This document shows, piece by piece, positions 47,867 through 57,490 of a stretch of 64,000 bases of DNA. Made by a program: the position numbers and the translations under genes. The number at the start of each line of letters is the position of its first letter. The stretch's first letter is position 1. The stretch is from Candidatus Sericytochromatia bacterium. GTDB lineage: Bacteria; Cyanobacteriota; Sericytochromatia; S15B-MN24; VGJW01. Below the pieces are notes generated by a model, which saw only the letters and a program-made list of their open reading frames with translations, had not been told where the DNA came from and made no database searches. The DNA is taken from the NCBI GenBank assembly GCA_035285865.1, contig JAYKHS010000007.1, positions 1 through 64,000 on the forward strand. The letters are read 5' to 3'.

Positions 47867-48958
47867 TCAGGGTGCAGGTGCCGGCTGGAAGGTCCCGTCC
47901 AGGATCTGCGCGCGCCAGCGTTCGACACGACGCTGCAGATGCCGCAGGTTGTGGATGGACAGCAGCGTGTGGGCCAGCCACTCTCCGGCGCGGACAAGGT
48001 GATGCAGGTAGCGACGGTCGAACCTGGCACACGTCATGCAGTCGCAATCCGAGTCGATGGGCAAGGCATCCTCCGCGAACCGCGCGGCCTTGATGTGGAA
48101 GCGGCTCTCTCCGGACCAGACCGTACCGTGCCGCGCCATCCGCGTGGGATGCACGCAATCGGCCATGTCGATGCCGTGGGTGATGGCGAGATGAAGATCC
48201 TCGGGCGTGCCGATGCCCATCAGGTACCGTGGTTTGGTCGCCGGGAGCAACGGGGTCGTGACGGCAAGCGTCGCCGCCATGTCGGCCCGGGACTCTCCGA
48301 CCGAGAGCCCACCCACGGCATATCCGGGAAAATCCATCGGCACGAGTGCCTCGGCCGACCGACGCCGCTCGGCGGGATCGATGCCGCCCTGCACGATGCC
48401 GAAGAGCGCCTGATCCGGACGATCGTGGACGGCAAGGCAGCGCTCGGCCCACCGCGTCGTTCGATCGACGGCGCGGCGAACCTCGGCCGGATGGGCCGGT
48501 AGCCGGATACACTCGTCGAAAGCCATCGCGATGTCCGCTCCGAGATCCATCTGGATCCGCATCGAGGTTTCGGGGTCCATGAACCATCGCGAGCCGTCGA
48601 TGGGGCTGCGGAAGCGGACGCCCTCGTCGCTGATCGAGCGCAGCGCCGCCAGAGAGAAGACCTGAAAGCCGCCGGAGTCCGTCAGCATCGCCCGGGGCCA
48701 GCGCATGAAAGCATGCAGACCGCCGGCCCGCGCGACGCGCTCGGAACCCGGACGCAGCATGCAGTGGAAGGCGTTGGCAAGGACGATGCCCGCTCCGGTA
48801 TCGGCCACCTGCTCCGGCAGCAGGGTCTTGACCGTCGCCTGGGTGCCCACGGGCATGAAGGTGGGCGTCGGAATGTCCCCGTGGGGAGTATGCAGGATGC
48901 CCGCACGCGCCGACCCGACCTGGGCCAGCACCGTCATGCGGACGGGTGGCTGAGTCAT
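47867..48958 (-). CDS. tgt: Queuine tRNA-ribosyltransferase (tRNA-guanine transglycosylase)
   Basis: TPTFMPVGT, TDSGGFQVFSL, FGIVQGG, GGLSVGE, PRYLMGIG and the Zn site CDCMTC...HN. Confidence 0.96.
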   Translation of the reverse strand: MTQPPVRMTVLAQVGSARAGILHTPHGDIPTPTFMPVGTQATVKTLLPEQVADTGAGIVLANAFHCMLRPGSERVARAGGLHAFMRWPRAMLTDSGGFQVFSLAALRSISDEGVRFRSPIDGSRWFMDPETSMRIQMDLGADIAMAFDECIRLPAHPAEVRRAVDRTTRWAERCLAVHDRPDQALFGIVQGGIDPAERRRSAEALVPMDFPGYAVGGLSVGESRADMAATLAVTTPLLPATKPRYLMGIGTPEDLHLAITHGIDMADCVHPTRMARHGTVWSGESRFHIKAARFAEDALPIDSDCDCMTCARFDRRYLHHLVRAGEWLAHTLLSIHNLRHLQRRVERWRAQILDGTFQPAPAP

Positions 48959-49119
48959 CGACCGACTCCCATCGGCCGCGGCGCACCGGGAAGCGAAGCC
49001 GGCGTCGGCGTCGGCGTCGGAGCCAGCGTCGGGTCCCCGAGGACGAAGCCGGGAAACTCACATGCCGCGAGCGACACCGCGACGACACACAGCAAAGCTG
49101 CCGCCATCGACCTGCTCAA
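48955..49119 (-). CDS. Small proline-rich lipoprotein (about 54 aa), absent from the ORF track
   Basis: Manual translation: (M)SRSMAAALLCVVAVSLAACEFPGFVLGDPTLAPTPTPTPASLPGAPRPMGVGR*. TTGA overlap with the upstream stop and ATGA overlap with the tgt start. Confidence 0.6.
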   Translation of the reverse strand: MSRSMAAALLCVVAVSLAACEFPGFVLGDPTLAPTPTPTPASLPGAPRPMGVGR

Positions 49120-52070
49120 GGTTGCCAAGCCCGGACTCCTTCCCGCGTCGCGAGGCGACGTGCCTCGACGACAGCCCCCGCACGCCGGAGGCGCTCCAAG
49201 GGGTCTCCCACCATGGTGCCATCCACAGGCGACAAGCGCATGGCATCCGGATCAATCTCCTGCCACAACCGCAGGCTGCGGGCCTGCTCGAGGAAGGCAC
49301 CCAGGCGCCCGTGCCAGATGGTCGCCACGGTGGCCTCCCGAGCTGCCAACGCGTGGTCGCCGTGATGCCAGGCCCATCGGGCGCGCGCACGACGGGCCAG
49401 GGCCTCCTGACGGCGGTCCCCGGCCGCGAGGGCCAGCCGCAGGGATTCGTCCAGCGTGGTGCCGGCACCGGCCATGTCGCCATCGAAGGCAAGGGCGATG
49501 GCGCGGAGCCGCATGTAGTCGCTCCACGGGGCGCCGACCGCCATCTTCCTCAGGAGCACGGCGGCCCGCTCGAGCGCAGGTTCGGCTTCCTCGACCCGAG
49601 GTTCCGTGAGCGCCGCACGGACCTGCAGCAACGCGAGACAAACCGCCGTCAGCGGGTCGCCGGCCAGCACCGCACGCCGTTCCCAGTCCGCCACGAGCGG
49701 ACGAATGGTGTCCCACTCACCGAGTTCGAGGCGTACCACGCCCATGTTGAGCTCCATCGCCAGCCACCGGCGGGTCGCCGACTCCTGCAGGTAGAGCCGG
49801 CGACATCGATCGAGGGCGCGCGCCGCCGCACGCAGATCCCCGCGCGCGTGCAGGATCGTGCCGAGGTTATGCCACGCATCGCCCTCGCCCAGGCGATCCC
49901 CCAGTGCCTGCCGCAGGACCAGCGCCTTCATCGCGTGGCGACGTGCGGAACCGACGTGGCCCACGAGGCGCTCGTGCACGGCCAGGTCGTGCTGCAGGCG
50001 CGCAAGCAGGGCATCGCGCGCCGGTCCAGCCGGCTGCATCCTTACGCGGTGGAGAACGCTCCGGGTCCGCTGACGCGCCTCTCTCCAACGCCCGAGACGC
50101 ATTGCGAACCAAGCCCGCTCGGCAGCGACCCGGTCGGCCTGCGCACCGGGAGCGAGGCGATCCTGGATGCGCTCCAGCAAGGCAATGCCGAGGCCATACT
50201 CACCCAAGGCATCCATCACCCGCAAGACGGCCAACAACAACTCCATGTCGGGCGGATCGGCTTCGAGCAGGGGCAAGATACGGGGCCACTCGCTGACGAC
50301 CGACGGCGCCTCGCCCGCCGCCAGGCGGACGCGAAGCCAGAGGGCCCAGTCCCGGGCGTCCTGTGGCGGGCCCGAGCGCTCGAAAAAGACCAGCGCCTCC
50401 CGAGGGCCACCGGCATCCAGCGCCTCGCGGGCCGCATCCAGCCAGGCCACGCGAGCCTCCTCGGAATAGCCCGCAGCCGCCCACTGGCGGGCACGCCACG
50501 ACGGCGGCAGCAACGCCATGGCAGAGCACGCTGCCACCCGGGCATGCCGTTGGCGACGCTCGGGTTCGAGCATCTGGCCGTACAGGGCCTCCTGAAGCAG
50601 GGCGTCAGCAAAGCCCCATTCGTCATCACCGCAAGGGCGAATGATGCCATGCGCGGCCAGGCGGGCTGCGGCACCCTGCTCCTCGGGCCGCAGGAGCGCA
50701 TCCCAGAGCGGGCGCGGCCAGCGCGGCCCGAGCACGGCGGCAAGCAGGGCAACCTCCCGCACCGCTCCGGGCAGATGATCCAGACGGGCCTGCATCAGGC
50801 CATGGAGGCCCGGGGGGGACTCTCCACCCCCGGCCTGCAACAGCTCGCGAAGATGCAGCGGATTGCCCGAGGCCCTGCGGACCACGCTGCGGAACGCCTG
50901 AAGCTCATCCGGCGTGACCCGAGCGACCTCCACGCCGGTCCACAGGCGCAGCAGGTGCAAGGCTTCAGCGTCACTCAGGCCCGCCAGTTCCACGCGCTCC
51001 GCTTCGAAGCCGGCGAGGCCCTTCGGGTCCCTGCCGGCGAGTACGACAAGGTCCTGCCCGGCCCTCCGTACAAGGGCAGCTGCCAGGACACGCTGCGTCC
51101 ATGCATCCATCCACTGCACGTCATCGAGCAGCCAGACCACGGGGTCCATCCCGGCAGCACCAGCGACCCGGGCTTCGCCATCCTTGGCACCGGGTGCCGG
51201 ACAGGGGGACCCGGGAGCAAGCAATGGCCAAAGTCGACCGAGATAGGCCCCGGGCTCCTCCGCACGGTGTGCCGCCATGCCCGCACGGATGATTCTCACG
51301 CCCGGCGACCGCCGCGCAAGGGAGTGCAGCCGGGCCAGCAGGGCTGTCTTGCCGATCCCTGCAGGCCCATGAAGCAAGATCGCCCGGGGGTACCCTCGGC
51401 CGTCCAACAGAGCGGTGAAGCGATCCAGGAGCTCGGTGCGGCCGACGAAGGGACCGCGATGTCCCCAGCCGGCGCTCTCCGGCCGGACACCGAGTACCCT
51501 GTGGCAGGCGACAGGCTCGGGAAATCCCTTGAGAACGGCCGGTTCCAGCGGCAGGAAAGCGAAGCGCCGGCGCGCCATGCGCCGGGTCACGTCGCACGCG
51601 AGGATCGAACCGGGCGCGGCATGGGTCTCGAGGCGCTTGGCAAGGTTGACCGTCGCCCCGAGCACCGTCCACGTGCCCTCGCCCCCCGCCCGGACCGGCC
51701 CCGACACGACGTGACCGGTGGCGAGGCCGACCCGCATGGCCACCGCGCGCGCGACATGCGGGTGCGCAGGCAGCGCCGCCAGCGCGGCCTGCATCGCCAC
51801 CGCGGCCTGCACGGCCCGGGCTGCGTCGTCTTCGTGCCCGACGGGGTCCCCGAAACAGGCCAGCAGACCGTCCCCGAGAAAGCGATCCACCCTCCCCCCG
51901 GCAGCCTCGACGGGGGGCACGATCGCACCCAGGACGGCATCGAGCAGTTCCAGCAACGCCTCCGGCTCGAGTTGCCGGGCGAGACCGGAGAAGTCGACAA
52001 GATCCGCGAACATCACGGTCATCCAACGTCGCCGGCCCTGCGACCAGAGCGGCAAGGACTCGGTCATCAC
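49116..52070 (-). CDS. Class III adenylate/guanylate cyclase + AAA/STAND-type ATPase + TPR protein
   Basis: FADLVDFS, FLGDG, FGDPVGHEDDA and GATVNLAKRLE (cyclase). FVGR, GPAGIGKT and LLDDVQWMD (ATPase). TPR-like helices such as AWHNLGTI. Confidence 0.85.
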   Translation of the reverse strand: MMTESLPLWSQGRRRWMTVMFADLVDFSGLARQLEPEALLELLDAVLGAIVPPVEAAGGRVDRFLGDGLLACFGDPVGHEDDAARAVQAAVAMQAALAALPAHPHVARAVAMRVGLATGHVVSGPVRAGGEGTWTVLGATVNLAKRLETHAAPGSILACDVTRRMARRRFAFLPLEPAVLKGFPEPVACHRVLGVRPESAGWGHRGPFVGRTELLDRFTALLDGRGYPRAILLHGPAGIGKTALLARLHSLARRSPGVRIIRAGMAAHRAEEPGAYLGRLWPLLAPGSPCPAPGAKDGEARVAGAAGMDPVVWLLDDVQWMDAWTQRVLAAALVRRAGQDLVVLAGRDPKGLAGFEAERVELAGLSDAEALHLLRLWTGVEVARVTPDELQAFRSVVRRASGNPLHLRELLQAGGGESPPGLHGLMQARLDHLPGAVREVALLAAVLGPRWPRPLWDALLRPEEQGAAARLAAHGIIRPCGDDEWGFADALLQEALYGQMLEPERRQRHARVAACSAMALLPPSWRARQWAAAGYSEEARVAWLDAAREALDAGGPREALVFFERSGPPQDARDWALWLRVRLAAGEAPSVVSEWPRILPLLEADPPDMELLLAVLRVMDALGEYGLGIALLERIQDRLAPGAQADRVAAERAWFAMRLGRWREARQRTRSVLHRVRMQPAGPARDALLARLQHDLAVHERLVGHVGSARRHAMKALVLRQALGDRLGEGDAWHNLGTILHARGDLRAAARALDRCRRLYLQESATRRWLAMELNMGVVRLELGEWDTIRPLVADWERRAVLAGDPLTAVCLALLQVRAALTEPRVEEAEPALERAAVLLRKMAVGAPWSDYMRLRAIALAFDGDMAGAGTTLDESLRLALAAGDRRQEALARRARARWAWHHGDHALAAREATVATIWHGRLGAFLEQARSLRLWQEIDPDAMRLSPVDGTMVGDPLERLRRAGAVVEARRLATREGVRAWQP

Positions 52071-52112
52071 ATGCCCCCCGGCAGCGATCCTGCTACGGGC
52101 GGGCGAGCACGC

Positions 52113-52928
52113 CTAGCGCGGCACGGACGACGACGGTTGGCCGGAGGTGCCACGCGCGACCAGCGCGCGCACCTTGGCCGCATCCGTCCGGCCGTCCGCA
52201 CCCTTGAGCGCGGAGGCCACGATGGCGCCGGAGGCACAGGCCATGAATCCGGGCAGGGATTCGAGGGTCAGTCCGGACCCCACCAGCAGGGGCACGTCGG
52301 GCAGCACGGCTGCCACGCGCCGGAAGTCTTCCGGATTGGCTGGCAGACCGGTACCTGCCCCCGACAGGATCAAGGCATCCGCTCCACCGCGAAGGACGGC
52401 GTCGCGCGCCTGATCCTCGAGGCCGTAAGGAGCCAGCGGCACGGCATGCTTGACCGCCACGTCAGCGAACAGCGCGACATCGGTGCTGAGGGTACGCCGC
52501 AGTTGGGCCAGTTCCCACGCTTCGCCCTGGATGATCCCCTGATCGGCGAGCACGGCGCCGACGAGGACGTTAACGCGGATGAAGTCGGCCCCGACGGCAT
52601 GGGCAACGGACAAGGCCGACGCCCCGTCGTTGCGCAGGACGTTGATGCCCCAGCGGACTTCGGGAAAGCGGACGCGCAGGCGCTCGGCCAGCACGGTCAT
52701 CGCCGCGACGGTGGCCGCGGAAACCCGACCCCGCACGAAGGGCCGATCCCCGTAGTTCTCGAGGACCAGAAGCCGCATGCCCCCAGCCACATAGGCTGCC
52801 ACCTCGGACTCGGCATGTGCGAGAACGTGCTCGAGGCTTTCGGCAGCATCGGGCGCCCCGGGCAGGGGCAAGAGATGCACGACTCCCACCAGCGGCCAGT
52901 TACCGCCCGACAGCCAGTCCGGCCTCAT
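52113..52928 (-). CDS. BtpA/SgcQ family TIM-barrel protein
   Basis: GVVHLLPLPG, ENYGDRPF, GINVLRND, ADVAVKHA, SGAGTG and LVGSG. Confidence 0.9.
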   Translation of the reverse strand: MRPDWLSGGNWPLVGVVHLLPLPGAPDAAESLEHVLAHAESEVAAYVAGGMRLLVLENYGDRPFVRGRVSAATVAAMTVLAERLRVRFPEVRWGINVLRNDGASALSVAHAVGADFIRVNVLVGAVLADQGIIQGEAWELAQLRRTLSTDVALFADVAVKHAVPLAPYGLEDQARDAVLRGGADALILSGAGTGLPANPEDFRRVAAVLPDVPLLVGSGLTLESLPGFMACASGAIVASALKGADGRTDAAKVRALVARGTSGQPSSSVPR

Positions 52929-53743
52929 GCGCCCTCTCCCCTTGGTTCCGGAGCCAGGACCCGCTCGCCGGGAAGCCTGAGTTCGCGTCCATCCTCGTCC
53001 AGTTCCACCCTGACGGCGATGTTGGCCGGATCCACTGCGAGGACGATGCCCTTGCCATGGGGTGTGGTGACGGCCGCACCGACCATCGGCAACTCCTGAC
53101 GCACCTCGAGGACCATCTGATGCTCGTAGGAGAGGCAACATTTCAGGCGGCCGCACATGCCGCTGTTTTTCGAGGGATTGGCGGGCAGGTTCTGGTCCTT
53201 GGCCATCTTGACGGTGATGGGCATGAAGGTCTTGAGAAAGGTGCTGCAACACAGTTCCTTGCCACACGCCCCGACACCGCCCAGCAGCCTCGCCTCGTCC
53301 CGCACGCCGATCTGGCGCAGTTCGATGCGTGTCCTGCGAAACAGCCCCGTCAGATCCCGCAGCAACTCCCGGAAATCGACGCGACCCTCCGCCGTGTAGT
53401 GGAAGGTCAGCCGGACGAAGTCGAAGGTGTAGACGGCATCCACCAGGTCCATGCCCAGCCCGTGGGCCGCGACTCGCTCCGCACAGGCCTTCAGGGCCTT
53501 GGCTTCCTCGCGCCACTTGGTCTCCAGCTGAAGCCGATCCGCCTGCGTCGCGACGCGCAACAGCGGCACCGCCGGTCCGTCCACGCGCACTTCGGCGACG
53601 GAATCGGGCAACAGCAGTACCGGACCGCACTCAAGGCCCCGATCCGTCTCGTAGACCACGAAGGTCCCGGTGACGAGGTCGCCTTCGACGCCGTCGAGAG
53701 GACGGAGATCGCCTGGGCGAAGGCGGACGGCGGGCACGGGCAT
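52925..53743 (-). CDS. ricT: PSP1-domain protein (RicT/YaaT family)
   Basis: RVDFRELL, RIELRQIGVRDEA, GACGKELCC and SGMCGRLKCCLSYE. Confidence 0.88.
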   Translation of the reverse strand: MPVPAVRLRPGDLRPLDGVEGDLVTGTFVVYETDRGLECGPVLLLPDSVAEVRVDGPAVPLLRVATQADRLQLETKWREEAKALKACAERVAAHGLGMDLVDAVYTFDFVRLTFHYTAEGRVDFRELLRDLTGLFRRTRIELRQIGVRDEARLLGGVGACGKELCCSTFLKTFMPITVKMAKDQNLPANPSKNSGMCGRLKCCLSYEHQMVLEVRQELPMVGAAVTTPHGKGIVLAVDPANIAVRVELDEDGRELRLPGERVLAPEPRGEGA

Positions 53744-53754
53744 CTGCAGACTCC

Positions 53755-54861
53755 TCAGGCCAACCGGGCGAGGCCGTGCGCACCCGCCATCCACGCGTTC
53801 GGAGCCTGGACACCTGCCTCGAGACGCCGACGCACCTCGAGCAGCAGGGACAGCCTCTCCATGACGCCGTCCGCGCCACCGCAGGCCTCGATCACCGGAC
53901 CGCAGTCTGCCGCATCGTCCGAGCGCGGGACCTGGCCCGTCCGGGCCCACCACCAAGCCTCGGCCACCCGATCGATCATCGTGTCGACCAGCCGCAGATG
54001 CACCTCGAGGACGTCCTGCGGGGCCTTGACCTCACACTTGTCCGGCCATGTCCTGATGGCTTCGAGTGCCGCGATGCGTCGGACGGGATCCCGCTCGAGC
54101 AACCAGGGCCGCGCGATGTCCCGCCACTCGTCCCCGGGAGGCCCGGGCTGACCGTCCTTCCGCTTGGAAGGGGGCTGGGCCAGGGCGTGCGCCACGCCCG
54201 GCCTGCCGGCCGAGACCCGCACGGCACGGGAACGAAGGGGGCTTTCGCCGACATTGTCCGCATCCAGCCACGTCCGGATACGCGCATCCGGGACAGGCCC
54301 GAACGTCACGCGACGACAGCGGGAGACGACGGTGGGCAGGATATCCGAAAGGGCAGACCCCAGCAGGATGATCACGGAAGGCCCGGGAGGTTCCTCGAGC
54401 ACGACCAGCATCGAGTTGATCGCGGGGATGCTCATGCCGTCGATGCGCACGACATGGACCTGAAGCCTGCCTCGGAGCGGAGCCAGCTGCGCGCGACCCT
54501 TCAGGGTGTCCTGCGGGCCATCGACCAGCTTGGAGCCCGTCGAGGAAGACGGGGATATCTGTTCGATCGAGACGCCCTTGCGTCCGCCCAGCGGGAGATA
54601 GAAATGCAGATCGGGATGGTTCCCGTTGTCTGTCAACCGGCAGCTCTGGCACCTGTCCGGTTGCCGCGGGGCGCAGGGCGTGGCCGTCCCCAACCGATCA
54701 CACAGCAGGGCCGCGGCCCAGCGCCGAGCCGTCGTGAGCTTGCCGGCACCCCGCGCACCTACGAAGAGCCAAGCATGATGGGGTTGTGACAGCGAACGAT
54801 CCAGTTCGTCGAGAACCGTCTCGTCCACGAGCAGGCCCTCGGCCCACGGGGGGGTCGGCAC
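53755..54861 (-). CDS. holB: DNA polymerase III delta-prime subunit
   Basis: HAWLFVGARGAGK, Zn-binding Cys cluster, NHPD, LEEPP and ILPTVVSRC. Upstream of ricT. Start uncertain (GTG 54828 is an alternative). Confidence 0.85.
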   Translation of the reverse strand: MPTPPWAEGLLVDETVLDELDRSLSQPHHAWLFVGARGAGKLTTARRWAAALLCDRLGTATPCAPRQPDRCQSCRLTDNGNHPDLHFYLPLGGRKGVSIEQISPSSSTGSKLVDGPQDTLKGRAQLAPLRGRLQVHVVRIDGMSIPAINSMLVVLEEPPGPSVIILLGSALSDILPTVVSRCRRVTFGPVPDARIRTWLDADNVGESPLRSRAVRVSAGRPGVAHALAQPPSKRKDGQPGPPGDEWRDIARPWLLERDPVRRIAALEAIRTWPDKCEVKAPQDVLEVHLRLVDTMIDRVAEAWWWARTGQVPRSDDAADCGPVIEACGGADGVMERLSLLLEVRRRLEAGVQAPNAWMAGAHGLARLA

Positions 54862-54871
54862 GGCGGCCGTC

Positions 54872-55819
54872 CTAGCCCTCGACGTGGTGGAAGTTCATCC
54901 CCTGGCCGGGCGCGGCGAAACAGATGACCTTGCTGCCGCCTTCCTTGCGGGCAAGATCCAGACGACGGGTCGCCATCTGCACGAGGGCGCGGGGCGAGGT
55001 CGTCTCCACCGTGGACGACACCCCGACGGCAGGTGCCATGTAGGGCGCCAGCTGGAGCATCCGGCGGGTGAACCGCTTCAGGACCTCGACGGCCGCCTCG
55101 GCAGAGGTCGAGGGGAAGTAGAAGAGCAGGTCGAAGCCGTCCCAGCGAACGGCCCAGTCCGTCTGGCGGACCACCTGACGGACCACCTGGCCGACGTCCC
55201 CGAAGCGGGCATTGGCCTCGTCGGGGGTCATGGTCCTCGCCACCGCCGCAAACTCGGGCAGCCCCACGACGGCAACCGAGCCCGTCTCGCGACTGCGGAC
55301 CAGGCGCTCGCACTCCTCGCGGAAACGCTCGTTGAAGTAGACGCGGTTCCACAGGCCCGTCAGCCTGTCCGTGCTGGTGCGCTTGTTGACTTCTTCCTCG
55401 AGTCGGGTGGCGTGGACCGACAGCCCGAGGGCCGGAGAGACGAGCCGGGCAAGGGCACCCGCGAAGGCGAGATCTTCGTCGGCGACGAGCAGGGCACCGT
55501 AGACCTGGCGATTGGCGAGCACCGGCACGCGCACGGCACCGGCGACGTCACCGAGGGGCACCGGCTCGGGATCGGCCGAAGTCAGGTCGGCCATGCGATC
55601 CGACGCGCCCTTGAAGAGCTTCTCGGCAGCCTGGCCGGACGGCATGAAGCCGTCGGGACCGTTCAGGCGCAGGGCCACGGAGGCCGTCGGCCGGAACTCG
55701 GAAAGGGCCTCGGCGAGGCGGCCCAAGACGAAATCGAGGCTGCTGCTGGCCGGGACGGCCCTCGCGATCTGGACCAGAGCTTCGTACTGATTGGGCGCGA
55801 GCGTGGCGGACGCTTCCAT
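54872..55819 (-). CDS. GAF + degenerate GGDEF domain protein
   Basis: TDRLTGLWNR and RQTD I-site present, but the active site reads WDGFD. Upstream TGG-TATGAT box and GAGGA RBS. Confidence 0.8.
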   Translation of the reverse strand: MEASATLAPNQYEALVQIARAVPASSSLDFVLGRLAEALSEFRPTASVALRLNGPDGFMPSGQAAEKLFKGASDRMADLTSADPEPVPLGDVAGAVRVPVLANRQVYGALLVADEDLAFAGALARLVSPALGLSVHATRLEEEVNKRTSTDRLTGLWNRVYFNERFREECERLVRSRETGSVAVVGLPEFAAVARTMTPDEANARFGDVGQVVRQVVRQTDWAVRWDGFDLLFYFPSTSAEAAVEVLKRFTRRMLQLAPYMAPAVGVSSTVETTSPRALVQMATRRLDLARKEGGSKVICFAAPGQGMNFHHVEG

Positions 55820-55918
55820 CGGGTTTCCTCGAGCAGGGTGCGGCAAGTGCATCATACCAAGCCCGAGCGCTGCATCACCCCATCGACGCGCAAGGACGGG
55901 CAGCCTAGACTTGGAGCC

Positions 55919-56788
55919 ATGTCAGCGCAGCCCTCGCCAGCCGCACCCCGGCCCGTGCTGGGCGTGTACGACTCCGGCGCGGGCGGCCTGTCGGTCCTGC
56001 GCCACTTGCGCGTGCGGCGTCCCGACGTCCCCGTCCTCTACATGGCCGACACGGCCCGCGTGCCCTACGGGGGGCGGCCGGCAGACGAGATCCTGGCCTT
56101 CAACCGCGAGATCACGGACGGCCTCGTGGCGCGCGGGGCGCGTCACCTCGTGGTGGCGTGCAACACTTCCTGCGCGCTCGCGCTTCCGACGGTGCGGCAC
56201 GAGGCCAAGGTGCCGATGACGGGCCTGTTGCCTGTCGCCGCTCGCGCCGCACTCAGGCACGGCAGGCGAATCGGCGTGCTGGCGACGGAAGCCACCATCC
56301 GCAGCGGGGCCTACGTCTCGGCCGTCAAGGCGCTCGATGCGGGTGCCACCGTAGCCCCGCTCGCCTGCCGGGACTGGGTGCCTCTGGTCGAAGCCGGCAT
56401 CACGGAGGGTCCGCGCGCTGAGCGGGCCGTCGCCCAGGCCCTGCAGGCCTGGGCGGACGAGCCGCCTCCGGATGCCGTGATCCTGGGCTGCACGCACTTC
56501 CCGTTCCTGGCCGACGTCATCGCACGGCACCTTCCCGGCACGCCTCTGGTCGACCCGGGCCCACTGGTGGCCGATGAGGTCCTGCAGGACCTGCCGGAAA
56601 AACCGGGGGAGGCGGCGCCCCTCACCCTGCTGGTCAGTGGCTCGCCCGAGGCATTCCTCGCTACTGCCGAAATCCTGGTCCCGGGCCTGGATCCTGCGGA
56701 GGTCCTCGCCTGGCAGGTCCCGCTGGACGCGCAACCCGGTGGCCCTGACGCCCGACCGGGTGCCGCCGGTATCGCCCGGTTACGCTGA
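55919..56788 (+). CDS. murI: Glutamate racemase
   Basis: YDSGAGGLSV, DTARVPYG, VACNT and ILGCTHFP. Confidence 0.95.
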   Translation: MSAQPSPAAPRPVLGVYDSGAGGLSVLRHLRVRRPDVPVLYMADTARVPYGGRPADEILAFNREITDGLVARGARHLVVACNTSCALALPTVRHEAKVPMTGLLPVAARAALRHGRRIGVLATEATIRSGAYVSAVKALDAGATVAPLACRDWVPLVEAGITEGPRAERAVAQALQAWADEPPPDAVILGCTHFPFLADVIARHLPGTPLVDPGPLVADEVLQDLPEKPGEAAPLTLLVSGSPEAFLATAEILVPGLDPAEVLAWQVPLDAQPGGPDARPGAAGIARLR

Positions 56789-56843
56789 CGCGTCGGCACG
56801 CGGGCAGCAGGCAGGGAAACCGGGAGTCTTCTGCCCGGATGGC

Positions 56844-57419
56844 TCAGGGCTGGCCGGACAAGCGCGTCACGGAGGCGTCGCGCTGCAGGCGTCCCCCGAT
56901 CCCCGCGACCGTGTCCACCCACCAGCCCCACTCGGCCGCGTGGTCGTGGCCATCCGCCCATCGGCGTGCCCACGGGTCCCCTTGCTCGGCCACCCCGACG
57001 AGATAGGCGCAACGACGGGCTGCCGCATCCAGAAACATCCGGCCGGCCAAACGCTCGGCGGGCGGCAGGTCCGACCAACCGGCGGCCGGCAAGGCGGCCG
57101 GCAGCATCGACAATTGACGCGCGACCCGGGCAAGGTACTCGTCCTCGAGCGGCCCCGCCCCCGCGAGCGCACGTCGGATGCGTACCCCGCCGGTGCCTGC
57201 AGCCGCCGGATTGAATCCGCCGCCTTGTCCCTCACCCAGAAAGAGCATGCCGGCGCCCCCGATGGTCAGTGGCCGGTTGGTACCTGCGGCCGGCGCGAAA
57301 GCAGGTGCAGGCGCGGCGTCGGACGGTGACGACGCAGGCTCCGGAGCTCCATGGGGCGTCCCGGCACACCCCCCGGTCAGGACCATCAGGGAAAGCCACG
57401 AGCGGCGCATCAGGGACAT
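56844..57419 (-). CDS. Hypothetical lipoprotein
   Basis: MRRSWLSLMVLTGGC lipobox-like N-terminus followed by a Pro/Ala linker. Confidence 0.5.
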   Translation of the reverse strand: MSLMRRSWLSLMVLTGGCAGTPHGAPEPASSPSDAAPAPAFAPAAGTNRPLTIGGAGMLFLGEGQGGGFNPAAAGTGGVRIRRALAGAGPLEDEYLARVARQLSMLPAALPAAGWSDLPPAERLAGRMFLDAAARRCAYLVGVAEQGDPWARRWADGHDHAAEWGWWVDTVAGIGGRLQRDASVTRLSGQP

Positions 57420-57490
57420 GGTCCCAGACTGTCGGCGACGGACCGGCGCCAACCAGTCCCTCGTGGAGGGGACGTTTCGTGCCGAACGGC

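Noticed and set aside
47867..48958. tgt as a DpdA-type DNA-modification/defence gene
   Set aside because: It has canonical bacterial tRNA Tgt motifs and no dpd or que neighbours.
48998..49032. Short tandem repeat (GGCGTC)n
   Set aside because: It is explained as the Pro-Thr repeat of the small lipoprotein and is not a CRISPR or VNTR element.
49062..53099. 1345-aa plus-strand ORF
   Set aside because: It is antisense to the cyclase, btpA and ricT genes, is Arg/Gly/Pro-rich and has no domain signal.
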